Shown here in pieces: positions 25,562 through 33,704 of a DNA stretch of 36,311 nucleotides (within the stretch, counting starts at the first letter, position 1; every line of letters starts with the position of its first letter). The translations under genes were made by a program, and so were the position numbers. The notes beneath the pieces are model-generated. The model saw nothing but the letters and a program-made list of their open reading frames with translations. It was not told the DNA's origin and made no database searches. Location of the stretch: assembly GCA_964386445.1 (NCBI GenBank), contig CAYLRC010000001.1, forward strand, positions 1 through 36,311, read 5' to 3'. Source of the DNA: Candidatus Woesearchaeota archaeon. GTDB taxonomy: Archaea > Nanobdellota > Nanobdellia > JAPDLS01 > Haiyanarchaeaceae.

Positions 25562-25963
25562 ATGAAAATTGTGATAAATGATCCAAAAAGTGGGAGGAGC
25601 TATCAAAAAGAACTTAGTAAGGAAGAGGAAGCAGTACTTTATGGGAAGAAAATAGGCGACAAGGTTTACGGAGAAGCAATAGGGCTAGAGGGATATGAAC
25701 TAGAAATAACGGGAGGGACGGATAAAGATGGATTTCCAATGATAAAGAGTCTAGAGGGAACACGAAGGGCAAGGCCATTACTTTCCGGACCTCCAGGATT
25801 CCATCCTAAAGAGAAAGGAGAAAGAAGGAGAAAGACTGTTCGAGGAAATACAATAGCTGAAGACATAGCCCAGGTAAATATGAAAGTGATTAAGCATGGA
25901 GCAAAAGCTTTAGAGGAGATCTTCAAGAAAGGTGAAAGTGTTGGAGAAAGCAAAGGAGAATAA
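25562..25963 (+). CDS. rps6e: 30S ribosomal protein S6e (eS6)
   Basis: MKIVINDPKSGRSYQKEL ... ITGGTDKDGFPM ... RRRKTVRGN is canonical archaeal eS6. GAGGTGA sits 5 nt upstream of the ATG. Confidence 0.9.
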   Translation: MKIVINDPKSGRSYQKELSKEEEAVLYGKKIGDKVYGEAIGLEGYELEITGGTDKDGFPMIKSLEGTRRARPLLSGPPGFHPKEKGERRRKTVRGNTIAEDIAQVNMKVIKHGAKALEEIFKKGESVGESKGE

Positions 25964-27197
25964 GGGGAATGAAGAGAGGAAGCAAGCTGAGATTACGATA
26001 GGGACATGTGGCCACACTGGTTCTGGAAAAACAACTTTATTATATTCTCTAACAGGAAAACTTACTTTGGAACATAGTGAGGAATTGAAGAGAGGAATTA
26101 CTATTAGGTTAGGTTATGCGAATGCTGAATTTAGGAAATGTCCGAATTGTAAGGAACCCGAAGCTTATACAACTTCGAAAATTTGTAAGATCTGCGGAAG
26201 TAAAACGGAATTGCTGAGAATTGTGAGCTTTGTCGATTCACCAGGTCACGAAACTCTAATGGCTACCATGCTCTCCGGAGCAGCTTTGATGGACGGTGCA
26301 CTTTTATTAGTGGCTGCTAACGAAGGAATTCAGCCCCAAACTAGGGAGCACTTGATGGCTCTTCAAATAATTGGTGTGGATCAAATTGTCATAGTTCAGA
26401 ACAAGTTGGATGTTGTTAGCAAGGAAGAAGCATTGAAGAATTTCCAAGAGATAAAAGAATTTGTTAAGGGTAGTGTAGCTGAGAACGCTCCAATTGTTCC
26501 TGTTTGTGCTTTACAGGGAGTAAATTTCGATCTACTAATTCAAGAGATAGAGAGATGTATTAAGACGCCTAAGCGAGATGAGAAGAAAGATCCAATCATG
26601 CTCATAGCTAGGAGTTTCGATGTTAATAAACCTGGGAAGGACCCAAGGGAGCTGAATGGTGGTGTAATAGGAGGAGCAATAAAGCAGGGTGTTTTGAAAG
26701 TTGGAGATGAGATTAAGATCCTTCCAGGAATAAAAGTAGAGGAACATGGGAAGGAGTTTTATAAGCCGTTGATAACAGAAGTGGTTAGGATACACACTGG
26801 TATAGATTTCGTAGAAGTTGCAAAGCCTGGTGGGAATATCGGAATAGAGACAAAGCTAGATCCATTCCTAACTAAAGGAGACAGATTAAGTGGAAATGTT
26901 GTCTGCCTGGCTGATAAGGAATTGCCGACTTTTAATGAACTCAAATTAGACTTCCACCAACTTGAGAGGGTTGTTGGAACTAAGAAGGAAATGAAGGTCG
27001 AACCCCTAAAAGTGAATGAGGTCGTAGTGATAAATGCTTGGACAGCGAAGAGCATAGGGACAATTAAAAGCATTCATGACAATAAAATCACTATTTCCCT
27101 AAAAATACCTGTATGCATCCTTAAAGGGGAGAGAGTAGCTATTTCTAGGAGAATTGAAAATAGGTGGAGATTAATAGGATATGGTATAGTTCTCTAG
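25932..27197 (+). CDS. translation initiation factor aIF2 gamma subunit
   Basis: GTPase motifs GHTGSGKTT (atypical G1), RGITI, VDSPGHE and QNKLD. Zinc knuckle CPNCKEPEAYTTSKICKICGS. Non-ATG start: GTG 25932 or 25938, or TTG 25941, all inside the rps6e 3' end. Confidence 0.85.
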   Translation: MKVLEKAKENKGNEERKQAEITIGTCGHTGSGKTTLLYSLTGKLTLEHSEELKRGITIRLGYANAEFRKCPNCKEPEAYTTSKICKICGSKTELLRIVSFVDSPGHETLMATMLSGAALMDGALLLVAANEGIQPQTREHLMALQIIGVDQIVIVQNKLDVVSKEEALKNFQEIKEFVKGSVAENAPIVPVCALQGVNFDLLIQEIERCIKTPKRDEKKDPIMLIARSFDVNKPGKDPRELNGGVIGGAIKQGVLKVGDEIKILPGIKVEEHGKEFYKPLITEVVRIHTGIDFVEVAKPGGNIGIETKLDPFLTKGDRLSGNVVCLADKELPTFNELKLDFHQLERVVGTKKEMKVEPLKVNEVVVINAWTAKSIGTIKSIHDNKITISLKIPVCILKGERVAISRRIENRWRLIGYGIVL

Positions 27198-27568
27198 TCT
27201 TTCCTTTCAGATGGGACTAGAAAATTGAATACTGCTGCTGCTAACAAAGCTAGGATTCCATTCCAAGAGGGGAGTAAGTATCCTCCTGCAAATGCCAATA
27301 TTACTGCTGCCGCTCCTAAGAAACCACTAACAGCTGCTCCACTCAAGATAGCTAAAATGGGAGAGGCAATAGAGAATGCTGAGACGAGGACGGATAAAAA
27401 TAAAGGTAGATGTGGGTTTACACTCTCCAAAAAGGGAAAGAATTGAGCTAGTATTGATTGACTTGGGCTCATGCCAAGCTTTGCAAGCATTCCACCTATG
27501 AAAGTTAGGATTATCAATTTACTTAATGTCTCCCTCCCCAACCTCTTTTCTTTCTTATCCTCTTTCAT
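27194..27568 (-). CDS. small integral membrane protein, unknown function
   Basis: The ORF track starts at TTG 27583. ATG 27568 sits in a TAAGATG junction with the pelota stop, identical to the ArsR-like/pelota junction. Three to four hydrophobic segments rich in A/G/L. Confidence 0.5.
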   Translation of the reverse strand: MKEDKKEKRLGRETLSKLIILTFIGGMLAKLGMSPSQSILAQFFPFLESVNPHLPLFLSVLVSAFSIASPILAILSGAAVSGFLGAAAVILAFAGGYLLPSWNGILALLAAAVFNFLVPSERKD

Positions 27569-27569
27569 C

Positions 27570-28610
27570 TTACTTGTAATCAAATCTTAAGATTGCGACA
27601 ATCCCGCCAAGTGAGTCGATTTTAATTCCTGGTTCCTCTTTCGAGTTTAAGATATAAATCTTAGCTCTCGACTTCTCTGCTTGCCTCAAGATAGGTTCAA
27701 CGATTTCTCTCTTTTCTTCAAGGAGCTTATCGGTAACTAAAAGTTCCTCAACCGCTCCATAGCTGAGGGCTTCCCTAACCTCCTCTAACCCATAGGTACA
27801 TTTCTTCCCCTTTGCTAAGTTCTCGAGGAATTTCTCAACAACTTTCATCTCTTCCCTCAACCTATTGTCCCTCACTACCCTATCAACATACCCCCTCCTC
27901 AATATTTCATTAATTCCACTTCTTCCTGTGGTTGAAACTTTCCCAAGAACTATCTTATCCTTAATTTCCTTCGGTAGATTTTCCTCTAAGTCCTTATTGA
28001 AAATTCCAACACTACAACATATTGCTCCCTCAACACCTTTCTTCTTCATCAACTCAACTATTTTCCTAGCTAATTCCTTGAAGAACTTCTTCCTAATGCT
28101 CTCATACTCTTTTGCATCCTTCGGAGGAGTAGCCATTGAGAAGCTGCCTAGATGCTCTAATCCGAAGTTCCTCAGGAGAGCGAAATCTGCCTCACCAAAA
28201 CTAAAGACACAAAGCAAAAGTTTGGGTTTCTTCGAAATTTCTTGGGCCCTCAGAATTTCCTTAACTTGATAATCCAACCATCTTTCCTTGTAAATCTTCA
28301 ACCTACTCCCAATTTTGACCTCGATGGTATGGTAGCTCCCCAAAGGGACAAACTCCTCCTTAGAACTTTCTAAGATCCTTCCAAGGATCCTCAATCTATC
28401 ATTCTGCAATTTTACCTTCTCAACCCTTATCTTCATTCTTACTCTCTTAACTTTTCCTTCCTGCTCGCTACTCTTCTTTAGCTTCCTCCTCGTTAGTGCC
28501 TCAACCTCATCACCCTCATCTAAAACTCTCTTAAGGGTGAGCAGATCTTCTAGGAAATCGACTTTAAGATAAGCTATCCCCTTCTTCTTGGAGAAGGCTA
28601 AAATCCTCAT
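27570..28610 (-). CDS. pelA: Pelota (aDom34) ribosome-rescue factor
   Basis: 346 aa. MRILAFSKKKGIAYLKVDFLEDLLTLKRVLDEGDEV is a typical Pelota N-terminus. The C-terminal eRF1-like part includes GLEEVREALSYGAVEELLV. Confidence 0.85.
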   Translation of the reverse strand: MRILAFSKKKGIAYLKVDFLEDLLTLKRVLDEGDEVEALTRRKLKKSSEQEGKVKRVRMKIRVEKVKLQNDRLRILGRILESSKEEFVPLGSYHTIEVKIGSRLKIYKERWLDYQVKEILRAQEISKKPKLLLCVFSFGEADFALLRNFGLEHLGSFSMATPPKDAKEYESIRKKFFKELARKIVELMKKKGVEGAICCSVGIFNKDLEENLPKEIKDKIVLGKVSTTGRSGINEILRRGYVDRVVRDNRLREEMKVVEKFLENLAKGKKCTYGLEEVREALSYGAVEELLVTDKLLEEKREIVEPILRQAEKSRAKIYILNSKEEPGIKIDSLGGIVAILRFDYK

Positions 28611-28611
28611 C

Positions 28612-29562
28612 TTAGCTCAGTAATTTAACTGAATCTATCTTACCATCCCCATCAGCATCATAGCCACGGATCACAACTGCCCAATTCTTTTCTCCCCTAT
28701 AATCCTTGAATACCTTTTCAGGAAAATTCGTTACTCCAATCACACAGGCTTTCGTTCCTATAAAGCGCAGGCCAGCTAGGACTACTATGCTCTTTCCCCT
28801 CTTCCAAGGATTTTCAATTTTAGCAATTACCCCATCTTTATCATCATCGTAGACATTACCAGCTTCATCCCTTATACCAAGCCAATAATTTCTTTCATCG
28901 AATTTAATTGGTAGATATTTGTTCACTTCAGAGGTTATAAGATTCGTTGCCGGCCCTCCGATGAGTATTAAGTTATTCCCTTCTTCCTTCTCAGCCTTAA
29001 CGTCTACATCCAGCTTTATTACAAAATCCTTCCAACTATTGCATAACTTAGAGAGGAACATAGCTAGATGAGCTGCGTAGTGACCATCTCTAGCATATCT
29101 ACCATAGGGTCCATGAGGTTCGGGGGAGCCGACAACTAAATAGCCATTGAAAACACCATCTTTAATGAACTCCGCAAAGAACCTGCGAGCAGCTTCTGGA
29201 ACTGCCCCTCTTAAGGGATAGGGGAATGCTACTTCTCCAAAATCGAGTTCTATCCCGAATGCTGGAAAGGAGGTCTTGTAATAAACAGCTACCCCTCCTC
29301 TCTTCCTTTCCTCTTTCTCAACCTCTATCAAACCACTCTTTCTCAGTTGATTAATATGATAGTAAATTATCTGCTCGTGCAAATTTAAACGATTGGCAAT
29401 TTGACTTGGATACATAGGGTTTGTTGAAAGCAGTTTCAGGATTTTCCACCTAATAGGGTTGAGCACTGCTTTAAGTTTCGAAGGATCACTAAAAATAACG
29501 ATGTCCTTCATCCTAAATCCATCCTTAGTTTCGTATACAAGTTTCTTCTCCTTGGCACTCAT
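28612..29562 (-). CDS. ArsR-type winged-helix protein with about 200-aa C-terminal domain of unknown function
   Basis: NPIRWKILKLLSTNPMYPSQIANRLNLHEQIIYYHINQLRKSGLIEVEKE is an ArsR/SmtB-like wHTH. I do not recognise the C-terminal half, which ends with the DxDxDG-type loop YDADGDGKIDSV. Confidence 0.6.
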   Translation of the reverse strand: MSAKEKKLVYETKDGFRMKDIVIFSDPSKLKAVLNPIRWKILKLLSTNPMYPSQIANRLNLHEQIIYYHINQLRKSGLIEVEKEERKRGGVAVYYKTSFPAFGIELDFGEVAFPYPLRGAVPEAARRFFAEFIKDGVFNGYLVVGSPEPHGPYGRYARDGHYAAHLAMFLSKLCNSWKDFVIKLDVDVKAEKEEGNNLILIGGPATNLITSEVNKYLPIKFDERNYWLGIRDEAGNVYDDDKDGVIAKIENPWKRGKSIVVLAGLRFIGTKACVIGVTNFPEKVFKDYRGEKNWAVVIRGYDADGDGKIDSVKLLS

Positions 29563-29763
29563 TTTGAGAGCTTGGTTATTAATGTTTTAAAAATCTTTTT
29601 AATATTATAAATCAAATCATAACAATCTCCCTTCTTAAGTCTTTCTTTTTCCCTTAGAGAGTTTATTTTTCCAAATTTGGATCACTTTACTAAAAAACCA
29701 TTTTTAGGATTTGAAATTAGTTGTTGAGAGGTCTTTTTAAATCATTGAAGATGATTCTTAGAC

Positions 29764-29907
29764 ATGAGAGCTAGGCAAAAAGTGAGCATGAAGATCACTT
29801 GCCCGGAATGTGGCTCCCCAAGGGTTAAGCTTTGGAAGAATGAAATAATCTGCCTCGATTGCGGTACTGTCATCGAAGAACTATTCGATTGGGAGGAGGA
29901 AGAGTAG
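29764..29907 (+). CDS. TFIIB-type zinc-ribbon mini-protein (47 aa, or 39 aa from ATG 29788)
   Basis: Not in the ORF track. MRARQKVSMKITCPECGSPRVKLWKNEIICLDCGTVIEELFDWEEEE. The CPECGS...C..CG.VIEE spacing copies the N-terminal Zn ribbon of archaeal TFB. Its TAG lies 2 nt before the glmS GTG. Confidence 0.5.
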   Translation: MRARQKVSMKITCPECGSPRVKLWKNEIICLDCGTVIEELFDWEEEE

Positions 29908-29909
29908 AA

Positions 29910-31664
29910 GTGTGCGGTATCATTGGATACATCGGAAGTAGGAATGGGACTGAACTCGTCTTCGATGGTCTGAAACGTTTAGAGTATAGAGGTTATGATT
30001 CTGCAGGAATCGCTTTGGTGAAGGATGGGAAGCTCCTAGTAAAGAAGGATGTTGGGAAGCTAGCGGAAGTTCATGAGAGGTTGAATTTATCAACTCCTCC
30101 TTCTGGATTAGTCATTGGTCATCTAAGGTGGGCTACTCATGGAAAAGTCACGAGGGAGAATGCTCACCCCCATATCGATTGTCTTGGAGAGATAGCTGTA
30201 GTCCATAATGGAATCATCGAAAATGCTTTGGAATTGAGGAAGTTCTTGGAAGGGAGAGGGCATAAATTTAGGAGTGGGACAGACACGGAAGTTGTTGCTC
30301 ATTTGATAGAAGAATTTAGCAAGGGTTTAAATTTTGAGGAAGCATGCAAACAAGCCTTCTCGAAGCTTAAAGGGAGTTTCGCTATCCTCGCAATTAGTCC
30401 AAGAGAGGAAAAAATCATTGGTATTAGGAAGGACTCACCTCTAGTGATAGGAATTAATGACAACGAGATATTTGCTGCAAGCGATATCTATGCTCTCCTC
30501 CCTTACACAAAAAACTTCATCTTCCTCCAGAATTATGATGTTGCAATCCTCAAAAAGCATGGATTCAAAATCGAAAATCTAATCGACGGAGTAAATGTTC
30601 GGAGGCCAATTGAAAAGGTAGACATAGAAGTAAGCGAGGATGAAAAAGGTAATTATCATCACTACATGATCAAGGAAATTTTAGAACAGGCGGATGTTTT
30701 CGAAAGAGCAGTGTCTGGAAATGAGGAGAAGATTAATGAATTAGCGAATTTAATTAAGCGAGCGAAGAAAATTTTCCTCGTGGCTGCTGGGACTTCTTAT
30801 CACGCTTCCCTAGCTGCTAGTTATTTACTCGCGAAGGCTGGGATCCTCTCTAAGTCTATCATTGCCTCTGAGTTCAAAAATTTCGAACAATTGATAGACA
30901 AGGATACTCTTGTAATTGCTGTCTCTCAATCTGGAGAGACTGCAGATGTACTGGATGCAGTTAGGATAGCGAAGAGGAGGGGAGCTAAGATATTTTCTAT
31001 AGTTAATGTATATGGGTCCAGTCTAACTAGGGAAAGCCACGATTTTTTGTTGATGAATGCCGGATTCGAAATAGGGGTTGCTGCAACAAAAACGTATATA
31101 GCTCAATTAGCAATCTTCCTCAAACTTTACTCAAAATTAGCTGGAAAGAATTTTAATCCAAAGATCATAAAATCCAAAATCCTTGAGCTTCTTGGGAGAA
31201 GTAGGAGGGAATTCATAAGCAAAATCGCCGAGAAACTGAAAGATGTGGAGCATATTTTTCTCATTGGGAGAGGTTTACAATATGTTACTGCTCTTGAAGC
31301 TGCTCTAAAGATAAAAGAAGTTAGTTATATTCATGCCGAAGCATTTGCTGGTGGGGAATTAAAACATGGGACGATAGCTTTGATAGAGGAAGGTACTCCT
31401 TGCATAGTTTTCGTCTCTAAAGAAAACGAGAAGGAAATCATTTCAAACGCCATGGAAATAAAATCGAGAGGGGGTTACATTATAGGAATTTCTTCAAAAA
31501 GACATGAAGTTTTCGATCTCTGGGTAAAGGTTCCTGAGTGCGATGCCGAGAGCTTGATACTACAAATAATACCAATCCAGATTTTGGCTTATCAGCTTGC
31601 TGTTTTGAGGGGCTACGACCCAGATTACCCTAGATCGCTTGCCAAAGCGGTGAGTGTCAAGTAA
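29910..31664 (+). CDS. glmS: glutamine--fructose-6-phosphate aminotransferase (isomerising)
   Basis: Ntn amidotransferases need Cys as the first mature residue. GTG 29910 gives M-CGIIGYIGS, with GGAGGAGGAAGAG upstream. The ORF-track TTG 29859 start adds 17 residues that overlap the Zn-ribbon ORF. Two SIS domains; the C-terminus is DYPRSLAKAVSVK. Confidence 0.9.
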   Translation: MCGIIGYIGSRNGTELVFDGLKRLEYRGYDSAGIALVKDGKLLVKKDVGKLAEVHERLNLSTPPSGLVIGHLRWATHGKVTRENAHPHIDCLGEIAVVHNGIIENALELRKFLEGRGHKFRSGTDTEVVAHLIEEFSKGLNFEEACKQAFSKLKGSFAILAISPREEKIIGIRKDSPLVIGINDNEIFAASDIYALLPYTKNFIFLQNYDVAILKKHGFKIENLIDGVNVRRPIEKVDIEVSEDEKGNYHHYMIKEILEQADVFERAVSGNEEKINELANLIKRAKKIFLVAAGTSYHASLAASYLLAKAGILSKSIIASEFKNFEQLIDKDTLVIAVSQSGETADVLDAVRIAKRRGAKIFSIVNVYGSSLTRESHDFLLMNAGFEIGVAATKTYIAQLAIFLKLYSKLAGKNFNPKIIKSKILELLGRSRREFISKIAEKLKDVEHIFLIGRGLQYVTALEAALKIKEVSYIHAEAFAGGELKHGTIALIEEGTPCIVFVSKENEKEIISNAMEIKSRGGYIIGISSKRHEVFDLWVKVPECDAESLILQIIPIQILAYQLAVLRGYDPDYPRSLAKAVSVK

Positions 31665-31685
31665 ATTTTGGGAGCGTTAGATACC

Positions 31686-32126
31686 TTAGGACTCATTTCT
31701 CAACTTGTGTTCTTGAGTTCTCCTTTGGTCGAAAATATGAATCACCCTATAGCCAAGTTTGGTTAGGTAGTTAGCAATATATTTCCTATGACATTTCCAC
31801 CAAAGCAGTTCCGTACACATTATCGCAGCTTTCTTCCTCCCAATGATTTTAAGCAGTTCTCTAACAGCCTTCGAAAATTCCTCACTCTTGGAGAAAGCAA
31901 GGTATCCTCCCTTTCTAAAACCTCCAAGTCTCGGGAAGTGAACATATTCTATGTTATGTTCTTTAAGTCTCTTCTCCAAGTTTTCTTTATTAAACCAAGG
32001 TACTTTCTTGCTTGTCGGAAATCTCCTAACATCAACTACTAATTGAATTCTAAAAAATTTCAAAATGTTTAAGAACTCCTCGATGCTCCTAGTACTGTGG
32101 CCTATTGTGTAAATCTCTTTCCTCAT
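31686..32126 (-). CDS. DUF488-family protein
   Basis: IYTIGHSTRSIEEFLNILKFFRIQLVVDVRRFPTSKKVPWFNKENLEKRLKEHNIEYVHFPRLGG is the DUF488 signature. The ATG overlaps the lemA TAA (TAATG). Confidence 0.7.
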   Translation of the reverse strand: MRKEIYTIGHSTRSIEEFLNILKFFRIQLVVDVRRFPTSKKVPWFNKENLEKRLKEHNIEYVHFPRLGGFRKGGYLAFSKSEEFSKAVRELLKIIGRKKAAIMCTELLWWKCHRKYIANYLTKLGYRVIHIFDQRRTQEHKLRNES

Positions 32127-32692
32127 TACTCAAATTTTATTTCGACGTCCTTCTTCTCCTCTTCAGCAACTTTGAAAAGCTCCATTGGCTTGAGCTTCAT
32201 GAGCTTGGCCACTATCAAATCTGGTATCGATTGTAATCTTATATTGTAGGAAGTCACGCAATCGTTGTAGAACTCCCTCCTATCAGCTAGCTCATTCTCA
32301 AGTCCAGAAATCCTTTCCTGTAATTGAAGAAAATTCTCATTCGCTCTAAGCTTTGGATAATTTTCAGCAACTGCGAAGAGCTCCTTGATTGCTCTTGATA
32401 TTTCATTAGCAATTTTCGTTTGCTCATCTCGAGTACTTGCTTTCATCCACTGACTCCTGAGTTCTGTGAGCTTTTCGAGAATGCCTCTCTCATATTTCAT
32501 GTAAGCTTTGCAAACCTCAATTAGCTTCCCGAGCTCATCGTGTCTCTGTTTTAGGATTACATCTATGTTAGCCCATGCTCTGTCGATATCCCTCCTGAGT
32601 CTGATGAAATTATTGTAAATTATTACGAAAATTGCGATGAGAGCAATTATAACCAAAGAAACTCCAATTCCAAGCAGTAACCAAATACTCAT
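32126..32692 (-). CDS. lemA: LemA-family membrane protein
   Basis: N-terminal TM, then YNNFIRLRRDIDRAWANIDVILKQRHDELGKLIE ... ENYPKLRANENFLQLQERISGLENELADRREFYNDCVTSYN, the canonical LemA pattern. TATA-like ttttataaag about 26 nt upstream of the ATG. Confidence 0.85.
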   Translation of the reverse strand: MSIWLLLGIGVSLVIIALIAIFVIIYNNFIRLRRDIDRAWANIDVILKQRHDELGKLIEVCKAYMKYERGILEKLTELRSQWMKASTRDEQTKIANEISRAIKELFAVAENYPKLRANENFLQLQERISGLENELADRREFYNDCVTSYNIRLQSIPDLIVAKLMKLKPMELFKVAEEEKKDVEIKFE

Positions 32693-32732
32693 GAGAGAAG
32701 ATAATTTTCAGAACTTTATAAAATTTTCCGGT

Positions 32733-33629
32733 TTAAGGAGAGAAAGAGGAAATTATGAGGTAAATAGAAATGCTCAAGAGGGTAATACCCACTATTAAGA
32801 AAGTTACGGATTCTAATAGAAGCTTTCTAAGGAATTTTCTTTCCTTCTCCGTTGAGATTATAAATGGTCTTCCCTTCCTTTTTTGGATCATCAAATCTTC
32901 ATACCCAAATTTAGCCGTTGCCTCCTCTTTATATGGATTGTCACCAACCCATCCTAGGATATATATGGAAGAGCCCACTGGCAAGCATTCCTCTACAACC
33001 TTGAATTTCTTCCTAAAGAGGAAAGAACCTTGACTTATCCCTAAGCTCTTAAGCAATTCAGAAATTTCTTGAGGAGGAGATGGTGGAATTAAGGAGAAGG
33101 GAGATTGGTAAGAGTAACTTATCGGTAAATTAAATTTAGCTCCCTTCGGATCTACGAGAACAGTACCAGTATTATCCTCAATGTAAAAAGGTCTATAAGA
33201 GGATACTTCCTCAACTTTTTTCCAACCACTACTTTTGCCTGAGCTCTTCCATTCGTATACCTCACACTTATAATATACACATCTCTTTTTGGAAAGTGGT
33301 GCCATTAACTCTTCTTTGAAAGGCACTACCCTACCACTCACCTCGGCTAGGCCAATAGCTAAAGATCTTATCCTTGAAGTCGGTAAGCTCTGAATTACCT
33401 TATACTCTTTAATTTCGTCCAGACCCGCATAGAAAAACAGGAGGCCAAATATCCCTAAGAATATGACAAGAGGTAAACTCTCGATTAAACTTCCAGAATA
33501 TTCTCTCCCAACTTCAGAACTTGCCACCCATGCAAGTAGTACGGCACTTCCAATAAGGCCTGCGATGAAAAAGGTGAGGTCCTTAGTTTGAGTTTTTTCT
33601 TTGAGGTTCAAAACATCAAATATTTTCAT
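32733..33629 (-). CDS. GIDE-domain (MUL1-like) membrane protein
   Basis: Two N-terminal TMs and one C-terminal TM. The central part LAEVSGRVVPFKEELMAPLSKKRCVYYKCEVYEW...YRPFYIEDNTGTVLVDPKGA matches the GIDE pattern that commonly neighbours LemA. Confidence 0.6.
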   Translation of the reverse strand: MKIFDVLNLKEKTQTKDLTFFIAGLIGSAVLLAWVASSEVGREYSGSLIESLPLVIFLGIFGLLFFYAGLDEIKEYKVIQSLPTSRIRSLAIGLAEVSGRVVPFKEELMAPLSKKRCVYYKCEVYEWKSSGKSSGWKKVEEVSSYRPFYIEDNTGTVLVDPKGAKFNLPISYSYQSPFSLIPPSPPQEISELLKSLGISQGSFLFRKKFKVVEECLPVGSSIYILGWVGDNPYKEEATAKFGYEDLMIQKRKGRPFIISTEKERKFLRKLLLESVTFLIVGITLLSISIYLIISSFSP

Positions 33630-33704
33630 ACAAGAAAATATCAGCCACTGTAGAGATTTAAACTTTCTGACAAAAATCTTGATCTAATTTCGCTGCAAGG
33701 AGTT

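Noticed and set aside
29563-29763. AT-rich palindromes in the divergent ArsR-like/Zn-ribbon intergenic region (TTAAAAA-TC-TTTTTAA and ATCAT-TGAAG-ATGAT), considered as operator sites or a small RNA.
   Set aside because: They are short inverted repeats in a region that is almost entirely A/T, so they are statistically unremarkable. There is no stable GC-containing helix to support an ncRNA. They are more likely ordinary TATA/BRE promoter DNA.
29859-29909. ORF-track N-terminal extension of glmS (MRYCHRRTIRLGGGRVEV from TTG 29859).
   Set aside because: GlmS-type Ntn amidotransferases require Cys directly after the initiator. GTG 29910 gives M-CGIIGY with a strong upstream purine-rich SD. The extension overlaps the better-supported Zn-ribbon ORF in another frame.
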